From Nocardioidaceae bacterium (lineage in GTDB: Bacteria; Actinomycetota; Actinomycetes; Propionibacteriales; Nocardioidaceae): a stretch of DNA of 64,000 nt. The position numbers and the translations under genes were made by a program. Each line of letters starts with the position of its first letter. The stretch's first letter is position 1. Shown piece by piece: positions 1 through 7,731 of this stretch. The stretch lies in assembly GCA_009780515.1 (NCBI GenBank), contig WQZX01000004.1, positions 4,696 to 68,695 of the forward strand, written 5' to 3'. The notes beneath the pieces are model-generated. The model saw only the letters and a program-made list of their open reading frames with translations. It was not told where the DNA came from and ran no database searches.

Positions 1-1
1 C

Positions 2-1060
2 GTTCACGAGACCACCAAGGGAGACGTCTACCTCCGCGTCGGCGACGAGTCGCGCAAACTCGGCTATGCCCAGCGGAGGGAGCTCGAGTACGACCGAGGC
101 AGCGCCCCGTTCGACGGGACCGCCGTCGAGGCGGGCGTTGCAGACCTCGACAAGAAACAAGTCGCGGCGTACCAAAAGTCGATCGGCTCGCAGAGTCCCG
201 AGGGCATGCTCGCAGCTCGCGATCTTATGACCCGCGACGGCCATTTGACCGTTGCCGCATGGCTGCTGTTCGCCGAACGACCCCAACCGCTCTTCCCCAG
301 CGCGCTGGTGCGAGTGCTGAGATACGCCGACACGAACCGCGGAACCGGCGCCGCGATGACTCTCTACGAAGGTGGAGACATCCGTTGCGAGGGCTCGATC
401 CCCGAGCAGATCAGCAAGGCTGCTTCCTTGATCGAGAAGTGGGTGCCGAAGGTTCAGGCCCTAGCACCGAGCGGCAGGTTCGAGGCGCGCCCGATCATTC
501 CGCGTGATGTCTGGCTCGAAGGAGTCGTCAACGCAGTCCTCCACCGGTCGTACTCCATGTCCGGCGACCATGTTCGCATCGAGATCTTCCCGAATCGGAT
601 CGAGATCGAGAACCCCGGCCGCTTCCCAGGCCTGGCCGATCCTTCTAAGCCGCTGTCCATCAGCCGCTACGCGCGGAATCCGCGCATCGTGCGCGTCTGC
701 TCGGATCTCGGTATCGCCCGCGAGCTCGGCGAAGGCATCAAGCGGATCTTCACCGAGATGCGATCCCTCGGCCTGACCGACCCGATCTACTCCCAAGGCA
801 GCGGCTCGGTGCGGCTTGTCCTGTCTTCGGCCGACGCACTCGACGAGGACCTGCGTGCAAGTCTGACGAAGTCCGCGCGGCAGATTCTCGACGTTCTCCG
901 ATTGGAAGCCCGCCCACTGAGCACCGGTCAGGTTGCCGAGCTGGCCAACGTGACGCGACCGACGGCAGCTCGCCACTTACAGACGCTTCGGAGTTACGGA
1001 CTCGTCGAGTGGGATGGCCAAGGCCCCAAGGACCCACGCGCCTCATGGACGCTGCGTTGA
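2..1060 (+). CDS. AlbA_2/Schlafen-type putative DNA-binding ATPase with C-terminal winged HTH (5' end outside window)
   Basis: Frame 2 is open from the window edge (VHETTKGDVYLRVGDESRKLGYAQRRELEYDRG...) into listed ORF 206..1060. It contains the block RDVWLEGVVNAVLHRSYSMSGDHVRIEIFPNRIEIENPGRFPG, typical of the HATPase_c_4 region of AlbA_2-family proteins. It ends with a wHTH: LSTGQVAELANVTRPTAARHLQTLRSYGLVEW. Confidence 0.75.
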   Translation, partial: VHETTKGDVYLRVGDESRKLGYAQRRELEYDRGSAPFDGTAVEAGVADLDKKQVAAYQKSIGSQSPEGMLAARDLMTRDGHLTVAAWLLFAERPQPLFPSALVRVLRYADTNRGTGAAMTLYEGGDIRCEGSIPEQISKAASLIEKWVPKVQALAPSGRFEARPIIPRDVWLEGVVNAVLHRSYSMSGDHVRIEIFPNRIEIENPGRFPGLADPSKPLSISRYARNPRIVRVCSDLGIARELGEGIKRIFTEMRSLGLTDPIYSQGSGSVRLVLSSADALDEDLRASLTKSARQILDVLRLEARPLSTGQVAELANVTRPTAARHLQTLRSYGLVEWDGQGPKDPRASWTLR

Positions 1061-1103
1061 TCTACTGGAAAGCGGATTTTCCAGTAGATCTTTCCAGTAG
1101 ATC
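1059..1103 (+). promoter_or_regulatory. 13-mer present three times: inverted pair (1059-1071 / 1078-1090) plus a tandem direct copy (1091-1103)
   Basis: The sequence is GATCTACTGGAAA-gcggat-TTTCCAGTAGATC-TTTCCAGTAGATC. It overlaps the stop codon of the upstream gene and ends 20 nt before the GTG of the primase-helicase gene. It could be a terminator hairpin with two alternative 3' arms, or an operator. Confidence 0.5.
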
Positions 1104-1123
1104 GACCCGGCAGACTTGACCCA

Positions 1124-3466
1124 GTGAGCGACCTGCAAAGCGAGTTGGAGAGCCTGCGCGCCGAGAACGCGCGCTTGCGCAAGCTTCTCAAGTTGACCGA
1201 CGCCGAGGCGGCGCCCGCACTCGGCACGCAGATGGCATGGTTCGACAAGGCGCCCGGCCAGGTCGACGCACGCTCGTCATCGCAGGCGAAGGTCGAGTTC
1301 TACGCCGCACTGTTTGGTGCCCGTCGTGACGTCTACGCCGTTCGCTGGGAGAACGCACGCACCGGCAAGTCCGGGTGGATGCCCGCCGTCGAGGGAGGCT
1401 GGCGCAAGGGCCGGGCAGCCTCCGAGATCCGGCACCTGCCGCTGACCCCGGAGGTGCTCGCAGCGCACCTGACCGGAGACATCCACATCGGCCTCTACCC
1501 GATGCTCCGCGGCGACCAGACCTGCTGGCTCGCCGCCGACTTCGACGGGCAAGCGGCGATGCTCGACGCCCTTGCCTACCTCAAGGCCGCACGAGCCGTT
1601 GGCGCTCCGGCCGCCTTGGAAGTCTCCCGGTCCGGTATCGGCGCGCACGTATGGATCTTCTTCACCGATGCGGTGCCAGCTCCCACGGCTCGTCAACTCG
1701 GGACGGCGCTGGTCCGGGAAGCGATTGCGATACGGGGCCGGATGGACCTGCGCTGCTATGACCGACTGTTCCCGTCTCAGGACGTTCTCCCCGGACAGGG
1801 TCCGGGCAACCTGATTGCCGCTCCACTCCACGGAAAGTCTCGCAAGCTCGGCACCACCCTCTTCCTCGATCTGGCAACCCTTGAGCCGTTCGATGACCAG
1901 TGGGACTACCTCTCGACCTTGGAGCGGATGACGCCGAAGCAGGTCACGAAACTCGCCTCGGCGCTCCGGGAACCCAACGTCGGGGCTCGGGTCAGTCGCG
2001 CTCAGCCCGCACGATCGACCAAGACGCAGCCGAACCCGGCACCCGTCGTCCATCTGCTCCTCGACGGCACCGTCGCGATCCCAGGCTCCGAGCTGACACC
2101 TTCGCTCTACGCGACACTGAAGCACGCCGCCTCGACGTACAACCCCGAGTTCTACGACCGCCAGCGACGCCGCCAGTCGACTTGGAACGTCCCGCGCATC
2201 ATCACCTCCTACGACGAAACCCTCGATGATCACCTCGTCCTCCCCCGCGGACTGCACGACACCGTCACACGGCTCATCAATGAGGCAGGCAGCAAGATCG
2301 AAGTCGACGACCAGCGAATCACAGGGGATGCGCTGACCCTCTCGCCTACGTTCGAGCTCAGGCCACAACAGGTGGAAGCGGTCGAGGCTGTGCTTCCGCA
2401 CGACCTCGGACTCCTGGTTGCCCCACCGGGTTCAGGCAAGACCGTGATGGCATGCGCCGTCATCGGCCAACGGCCGGTGCCGACCCTGGTGCTGGTGGAC
2501 CGCAAGACCCTCGCCGACCAATGGCGCCGCCAGATTGCCGACCTGCTCGGCATCAAGCCGGGGCAACTTGGTGGCGGGCGCTCCAAGCTCACCGGAGTCG
2601 TCGACATCGCCACCTTGCAAACCCTCGCGCGCCGAACCGATCTCACCGACACGCTGAGCACCTATGGCCAGGTGATCGTCGACGAGTGCCACCACGTTCC
2701 GGCGGCGGCGTTCGAGACGGCGGTCCGCGCGATCCCCGCCCGCTACTGGGTCGGGCTCACCGCTACGCCGTACCGACGCGACGGGCTCGACGACCTCATC
2801 GGCTTCCAACTCGGCCCAGTGCGCCACACCTTCACCCATGCGGATCCCGAAACGTTGGAAGGCGCCAGCGCAGATCGACCTCGCCCCGTGCTCGTCGTTC
2901 ACCCCACGTCGTTCCATTTGGAGGGATCCATCGACTTCTCGGTCCCAGGCGCCATAGCCGGCGTCCATTCGGCACTTGCCGACGACGAACCACGCAATGA
3001 GCAGATCCTGACCGACGTGGCCGCCGCTCTTGAGCGAGGCCGACACTGTTTGGTGTTGGCCCAACGCACCGGACACGTCGACCACCTCGCCGCGACGCTC
3101 ACCGCTCGCGGGTTCGACCCAATCGTCCTCAAGGGCGGCATGGGTGCAAAGCAACGCACCGCTGCCAACGAGAGGCTGGAGCCGACCAGCGACGGTCCAC
3201 CGCTGCTCGTCGTCGCCACAGGGCACTTCGTCGGCGAAGGCTTTGACTGCCCTGCGCTCGACACGCTCTTCCTGGCAGGCCCGGTCTCGTTCAAGGGTCG
3301 ACTCGTCCAGTACGCCGGGCGAGTGCTTCGGCCCTACCCCGGCAAGCAGACCGCCGAGGTCCACGACTACCACGACATCGAAGTGCCAGTCCTCGCCGCA
3401 GCACTTACCAAGCGAGCTCCCGGCTACACCAGCCTCGGCTTCCCCGACCCTCGCAGGAGCAGATGA
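1124..3466 (+). CDS. Archaeo-eukaryotic primase (PrimPol-like) domain fused to an SF2 DEXH helicase
   Basis: 780-aa ORF with an N-terminal coiled coil (LESLRAENARLRKLL). AEP motifs: AADFDG (DxD), SGIGAHVWIFF (sxH), CYDRLFPSQD. Helicase motifs: PPGSGKT, DECHH, GLTATP, QYAGRVLR. The GTG start at 1124 has no obvious SD. Confidence 0.85.
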   Translation: MSDLQSELESLRAENARLRKLLKLTDAEAAPALGTQMAWFDKAPGQVDARSSSQAKVEFYAALFGARRDVYAVRWENARTGKSGWMPAVEGGWRKGRAASEIRHLPLTPEVLAAHLTGDIHIGLYPMLRGDQTCWLAADFDGQAAMLDALAYLKAARAVGAPAALEVSRSGIGAHVWIFFTDAVPAPTARQLGTALVREAIAIRGRMDLRCYDRLFPSQDVLPGQGPGNLIAAPLHGKSRKLGTTLFLDLATLEPFDDQWDYLSTLERMTPKQVTKLASALREPNVGARVSRAQPARSTKTQPNPAPVVHLLLDGTVAIPGSELTPSLYATLKHAASTYNPEFYDRQRRRQSTWNVPRIITSYDETLDDHLVLPRGLHDTVTRLINEAGSKIEVDDQRITGDALTLSPTFELRPQQVEAVEAVLPHDLGLLVAPPGSGKTVMACAVIGQRPVPTLVLVDRKTLADQWRRQIADLLGIKPGQLGGGRSKLTGVVDIATLQTLARRTDLTDTLSTYGQVIVDECHHVPAAAFETAVRAIPARYWVGLTATPYRRDGLDDLIGFQLGPVRHTFTHADPETLEGASADRPRPVLVVHPTSFHLEGSIDFSVPGAIAGVHSALADDEPRNEQILTDVAAALERGRHCLVLAQRTGHVDHLAATLTARGFDPIVLKGGMGAKQRTAANERLEPTSDGPPLLVVATGHFVGEGFDCPALDTLFLAGPVSFKGRLVQYAGRVLRPYPGKQTAEVHDYHDIEVPVLAAALTKRAPGYTSLGFPDPRRSR

Positions 3467-3619
3467 GACTCAGCCCAGCTGGGCGGCATGGCTCGGCACC
3501 AAAGTTGTGGGTCGTGCCGCATCCACCCTCGCGCTGGACTCATCAATGTCGGGAACTTGCGCCCGCACCCGAGGCGGCCGCCGGTCGTCAAGAAGACGGA
3601 GTCTCGCTAGCCTCAAACG

Positions 3620-3901
3620 GTGTCCACCAAGGCGGAGCGTCGAGCGGCACGAGAGAAGGTCGCCACCTACCACGAAGAGCAGCTCGGCCGACTCGTCGGA
3701 CGTCTGGCCGACGCGCTCGACCGGCACCGTGCCGCCGAGCTCGACGCCTTCGACGTCGACGAGGTGGCGTTCCAGTACTCCCGCGCCGCCAAGGAGCTGT
3801 GGAAGTTCTGCAACCTCGGCAACGTCGAGTTCACCGCTCGCATCATTGACGACGATCCACCCACGGACTGGTGGGAGCGCGGAGCACGTCGTCAGCGCTG
3901 A
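3620..3901 (+). CDS. Hypothetical 93-aa protein (no recognised family)
   Basis: GTG-initiated ORF with host-like high third-position GC. The predicted product is helical and charged (AERRAAREKVATYHEEQLGRLVGRLADALDRHRAAELDAF...). It is followed by a hairpin at 3930-3965. Confidence 0.5.
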   Translation: MSTKAERRAAREKVATYHEEQLGRLVGRLADALDRHRAAELDAFDVDEVAFQYSRAAKELWKFCNLGNVEFTARIIDDDPPTDWWERGARRQR

Positions 3902-3929
3902 GACAGTGCCCGCGGCCCGTCGAGGGCGG

Positions 3930-3965
3930 TGTCACGTCCGTACCGAAATTGGTACGGTTGTGACA
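3930..3965 (+). terminator. Imperfect hairpin after the 93-aa ORF
   Basis: The sequence is tGTCACgtCCGTACC-gaaatt-GGTACGGttGTGACa: 7-bp inner and 5-6-bp outer stems with a 2-nt internal mismatch, starting 29 nt after the stop codon. There is no U-tract. Confidence 0.35.
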
Positions 3966-4133
3966 GTTGGCCTGGGCCCGACTAGCACGCCGGAGAGGGC
4001 CCGAGTGATACACGAGAGTGATGCATTAAGCCCCGGACACGGCGTCAAACGGCGGTACGAGCCGAAACGGCGCGGCGCACAAAAACGCCTCTGACCTGCG
4101 GTTTCGTAGATTTCCGTCGAAAGTCGTTGAAGG

Positions 4134-4304
4134 TTAAACCTCGTGGCACCAGTGGCAGGCGGCGTACCCGACGGACAGGAGGACGGGGACGTTGCGCCGC
4201 CGCGCCGCCGCGAACGCCTCAGGCCCCCACTCCCACCAGTCGACGGGGTTGTCCTTGTGCTGGAGGAGGTACGGCGAGGTCGCCGAAGCCAGTCGGTTGG
4301 GCAC
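4134..4304 (-). pseudogene. 3'-truncated remnant of a thioredoxin-domain DUF255 (YyaL/SPATA20-like) gene
   Basis: The minus strand from GTG at 4304 reads (M)[55 protein letters not shown]. This matches the conserved family N-terminus up to CHWCH (family consensus continues CHWCHVM...). It is then replaced by EV-stop at 4134-4136. Full-length members are roughly 650 aa. The ORF is below the 60-aa cut-off of the supplied track. Confidence 0.8.
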
Positions 4305-4415
4305 GGTCCCACGCTAGCGGCGCGGTCGTGAGCCGCGATCGGACGTGGCATGGTTGATCGGCGTGAGGATGGGTATGCCGATCGCGAGTCCCGATTCCCC
4401 ACCCGAGGTGTGACC

Positions 4416-4778
4416 GTGAGCGTGATCGACATCAAGATGAGCGCCATCTACCAGGCGTCCCACGACGAGCTGCCGTCCGAGGCGGGCATCTTCAGCGCCG
4501 AGGCGAGCGGGATCTCCGATGCGATCGACCCGCTGGTGAGGCAGGTCGCACTGGCCGGCAACCACCCGATCGGGCCGGACCTCGCGGATCTCGCGGTCGA
4601 GCTGTTCCTCCACCTGAGGTCCATGGTGCGGACGTTCAACGACAGCGCCACTGGGCTCGACCTGATCGCGGACGACTTCGTGAGGCAGGACGAGCAGGCG
4701 AAGGCCTGGCTCGACCAGAACCGCCGCTATCTCGGCGACCCGCAGACCGCCACGCTCCCGACCGCACCGACCGTCTGA
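4416..4778 (+). CDS. Hypothetical 120-aa helical protein (unassigned; small-partner or secretion-substrate-like)
   Basis: Part of listed ORF 4350..4778. A GTG at 4416 lies 5 nt after GAGGTG. The stop is 10 nt before the next gene. I recognise no family motif. Confidence 0.6.
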   Translation: MSVIDIKMSAIYQASHDELPSEAGIFSAEASGISDAIDPLVRQVALAGNHPIGPDLADLAVELFLHLRSMVRTFNDSATGLDLIADDFVRQDEQAKAWLDQNRRYLGDPQTATLPTAPTV

Positions 4779-4788
4779 GGGCCGGGCG

Positions 4789-5973
4789 ATGCTCGTCAAC
4801 GACGGCGGCGGCACGTCGACCTCGATCCTGGACCAGCTCAACCCGCTCTACACCGCCATCGCCCAAGGGCTCGGCGAGCTCGCGGGCAACGAGGCGTACA
4901 TGGACACCCTCGAGGCGAACTTCCCCACCACGATCAGCACCCCGGACCCGATGAAGATCCCACAGCCGGACAACACCCGCATGTTCATCGCGGACTTCAA
5001 GGTCCCCGGCACCTACGGCTTCACGGTGCAGCACGGCTACTGGGGCACGGCGGTGCCGACGTCGGAGAGCTCGCCGTCCCCGATGGACACCCAGAACGAG
5101 CTGACCAAGACCGCCACCCAGGCCTGGCACCAGGCGTACGACGCCTACGCCAACGCCGGGTACGGCGGCAGCGCGGCCGCGTTCCGCTCGTGGGGCCAGA
5201 ACGTCTGGGAGCCGGACACAGAGGCGATGTCGCTCGGCGTCTACGGCCTCGCCGGCCTGATGACCTGGCTGCAGGACCAGCTCGCGCCGTCGGCCGGCTG
5301 GGTCAGCCCCGACAACGCCGCCGCGCCGACCTGGCTGGCGAACCTGAAGAGGAACTGGCCGGCGACCTCCCACTCGTCGGACTCGTTCTACGACTTCTGG
5401 GACGACGTCAACGACAAGTGCGCTCTCTACCTCGACGCCGCCGAGCGCCTCGCGTCGACCAGCGCGCAGACCACCGCGACCATCTCCGACTTCCAGACAA
5501 ACCTGCTCGAGGTCACCACGAAGACCAAGGAGCACGTCGAGCTCGCCCTGAAGCAGTGGCAGACGTGGAAGGCGCCGAGCGGCTACTGGGGCACCGGCAA
5601 GTACGACGACAACTCGACCGCCAAGACCATCCTGGGCGACGTCAGCTACGGCACGGGCGTCATCGCGATGTTCCCTCCGGCCGCGCTGATCTCCGGATCG
5701 ATCAGCGTCGTCACGGGCGGCCTCACCTACCTGATCCCGGACAAGACCGAGATCATGAAGGCGACCACGGCATCCACCGCCGGCGACATCTGGGACGGCT
5801 ACTACGACGACGTCGACTCGGTCTGCACCCGCATGCAGAAGGCGCTCGACGTGGTGCGGACCCAGCCGCCGAAGAACTCCGACCTGGCGAGCGGGTCGAT
5901 GGGCTTCGAGTCCTTCGTGAGGATGGTGCAGGCCGACCGGAGCGACTGGACGCCGCACCCGGTCCACCTCTGA
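4789..5973 (+). CDS. Hypothetical 394-aa protein, W/Y/T/D-rich and Arg-poor, with one ~30-aa Gly-rich hydrophobic segment
   Basis: Clean ORF with high GC3. Its composition is atypical for this genome. The hydrophobic stretch is GTGVIAMFPPAALISGSISVVTGGLTYLI. I recognise no catalytic or family motif. Confidence 0.7.
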   Translation: MLVNDGGGTSTSILDQLNPLYTAIAQGLGELAGNEAYMDTLEANFPTTISTPDPMKIPQPDNTRMFIADFKVPGTYGFTVQHGYWGTAVPTSESSPSPMDTQNELTKTATQAWHQAYDAYANAGYGGSAAAFRSWGQNVWEPDTEAMSLGVYGLAGLMTWLQDQLAPSAGWVSPDNAAAPTWLANLKRNWPATSHSSDSFYDFWDDVNDKCALYLDAAERLASTSAQTTATISDFQTNLLEVTTKTKEHVELALKQWQTWKAPSGYWGTGKYDDNSTAKTILGDVSYGTGVIAMFPPAALISGSISVVTGGLTYLIPDKTEIMKATTASTAGDIWDGYYDDVDSVCTRMQKALDVVRTQPPKNSDLASGSMGFESFVRMVQADRSDWTPHPVHL

Positions 5974-6014
5974 GGGTCCCCGGGGGAACCTCGCGGGATC
6001 GCTATCGTGGAGGC

Positions 6015-6383
6015 ATGTCCAGGTCCGAGCGCACGCCCGAACAGTCCGGCAGCCCCGAGCAGCGGCCCGGCGCCACCGCCGAGCAGGACCACGACGGCGT
6101 ACAGGACCCGCTGCGCGGCTCCTGGACGAGCCGCACTTGGACCGCGGTCGTCGGCCTCGCCGCGCTGCTGATCCTGCTCATCGTGTTCATCGCGCAGAAC
6201 ACCAAGGAGGTGCCGATCCGGCTCTTCGGCTGGAGCTGGCACCCGCCGCTCGCGGTCGCGATCCTGGCCGCCGTCGCGGCCGGTCTGCTGATCGCGGTCT
6301 GCGCGGGCACCCTTAGGATCCTGCAGCTGAGGCGCCGCGTCCGGCGGACCAAGCGCGTGCAGAAGCAGGCGTCCCAGGACTGA
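6015..6383 (+). CDS. LapA-domain (DUF1049) small membrane protein
   Basis: Only the last 122 codons of listed ORF 5190..6383 look real. An ATG at 6015 follows GGAGG. The protein has two TM helices flanking NTKEVPIRLFGWSWHPPLAV and a basic tail (LRILQLRRRVRR), which is the family pattern. Confidence 0.7.
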   Translation: MSRSERTPEQSGSPEQRPGATAEQDHDGVQDPLRGSWTSRTWTAVVGLAALLILLIVFIAQNTKEVPIRLFGWSWHPPLAVAILAAVAAGLLIAVCAGTLRILQLRRRVRRTKRVQKQASQD

Positions 6384-6519
6384 TCAGCGGTCACACCCCG
6401 GCCCACCTGTCGTCCACAGACATGGGCCGGAGACGCGCTCTCCACAGGCGACCTGACGAGGACGGCTCGGCGTCGGCGGCGATTCCTAGCGTGCGAGGTG
6501 CCGGAACGTCCGGCCGCTG

Positions 6520-6891
6520 ATGCATCGGGAGGCGCCCGTGTCCATACCTACCCTGGTCCGTCTCGTCCGCGCCGTCGTCGGAGCGCTGGCGATCCTTACC
6601 GCCGGCGTCACGCTCGGCGTCGGCCTGTCCCCGTCGGTCGGCGCCCCGAGCGACACGCTCGCGCCGTCGACGATCGTGAGTGTCACCGGAGGCGCCCGCT
6701 ACGGCTTCACCATCCACCACCTCGGCGGCCGGACCGATCGCCCGGAGACCAAGTCCGAGGCGATGGCCGAGTGCGGTGGCTACCGCATCCGCCACGACCG
6801 CGCCCGCTGCTACGGCGAGGTCTCGACCTGGTACGCCGACCTCGCCGACCTCGAGCGCACCGCGCGCTACTACCGCGGGCTGACGCGATGA
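6520..6891 (+). CDS. Secreted hypothetical protein (signal peptide)
   Basis: 123-aa ORF with N-terminal signal-like VRLVRAVVGALAILTAGVTLGVGLSPSVGA. Confidence 0.55.
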   Translation: MHREAPVSIPTLVRLVRAVVGALAILTAGVTLGVGLSPSVGAPSDTLAPSTIVSVTGGARYGFTIHHLGGRTDRPETKSEAMAECGGYRIRHDRARCYGEVSTWYADLADLERTARYYRGLTR

Positions 6892-6912
6892 GGCCGACGA
6901 CGGACGCCGCCC

Positions 6913-7722
6913 TCAGACCGGCTCGCTCACCACCTGACGTGCCATCGCCGCCTTGACGAGCCTGATGGCGCTGCGCGGCGCGACCTTGATGGCGATGCTC
7001 ATCAGCTTCGCGTCGAGGCCGACGTGGATGTGCAGCCTGTTGCGCTCGATGCCGCGGATCATGATCTGGGCCGCCTTCGCCGGCGAGGTCATCGGGACCT
7101 TGCTGTCCTCGGCCGACGCCACCGGCGTCGCGACTCCGGAGTTGGCCGTGATGTCGGTCTGCACCGCGCCGGGGAAGATCACCGAGACGTGCACCGGGGT
7201 ACCGAGGAGCTCGGCGTACAGGCCCTCGGTGAACAGCTTGACCCCCGCCTTGCTGGCGCCGTAGATCGTCTGGCCCGGAAACGGGAAGAACCCGCCCATG
7301 CTCGAGACGTTCGCGAGGTGCGCCTCCGGGCGCAGAAGGAGGTGAGGCAGGAAGGCACGCGACATCGCGATGGTGCCGCCGAGGTTCACCGACAGCACGC
7401 GCTGGACTGCGGCGTCGGTCAGGTCCGCGACCGGATCGAACGGCTGGATGATCCCGGCGTTGTTCAGCAGGCCGTCGACCGCGCCGTGGTCGGCCACCAC
7501 CCGCTCCGGCAGCGCCTCGACCGCGGCCGAGTCGGTGATGTCGACGACGTACGACGTCAGCCGGCCGCCGGTCTTCGCGAGATCCGCCGTGGCGGACAGC
7601 GCGTCAGGGTCACGGTCGACCGCGGCGACCCGGGCACCCTTGTCGAGGAGCGCGAGCACCAGCTCTCGCCCCATGCCGTTGCCCGCCCCGGTGACGACCC
7701 ATACCTTCCCATCGACTCGCAT
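6913..7722 (-). CDS. SDR family oxidoreductase
   Basis: Contains the TGAGNGMG Rossmann motif, NNAG, and the YGASKAGVK catalytic Y-x3-K. Confidence 0.9.
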   Translation of the reverse strand: MRVDGKVWVVTGAGNGMGRELVLALLDKGARVAAVDRDPDALSATADLAKTGGRLTSYVVDITDSAAVEALPERVVADHGAVDGLLNNAGIIQPFDPVADLTDAAVQRVLSVNLGGTIAMSRAFLPHLLLRPEAHLANVSSMGGFFPFPGQTIYGASKAGVKLFTEGLYAELLGTPVHVSVIFPGAVQTDITANSGVATPVASAEDSKVPMTSPAKAAQIMIRGIERNRLHIHVGLDAKLMSIAIKVAPRSAIRLVKAAMARQVVSEPV

Positions 7723-7731
7723 GAGCCGACG

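Larger units (their letters stand above)
1..4140. mobile_element. Right-hand end of a probable inserted genomic island (continues beyond window start)
   Basis: The cargo is of conflict/mobile type: an AlbA_2-like ATPase, an AEP primase-helicase and an orphan ORF. The block abuts a 3'-truncated remnant (55 codons) of a normally ~650-aa DUF255 thioredoxin-domain gene at 4134..4304. No integrase or att repeat is visible inside the window. Confidence 0.45.

Noticed and set aside
5190-6014. The first 275 codons of listed ORF 5190..6383, as part of a 397-aa protein
   Set aside because: This part overlaps the well-formed 394-aa gene in another frame and is Arg-rich low complexity. Only the last 122 codons, from the ATG at 6015 with its SD, form a recognisable LapA-domain membrane protein.
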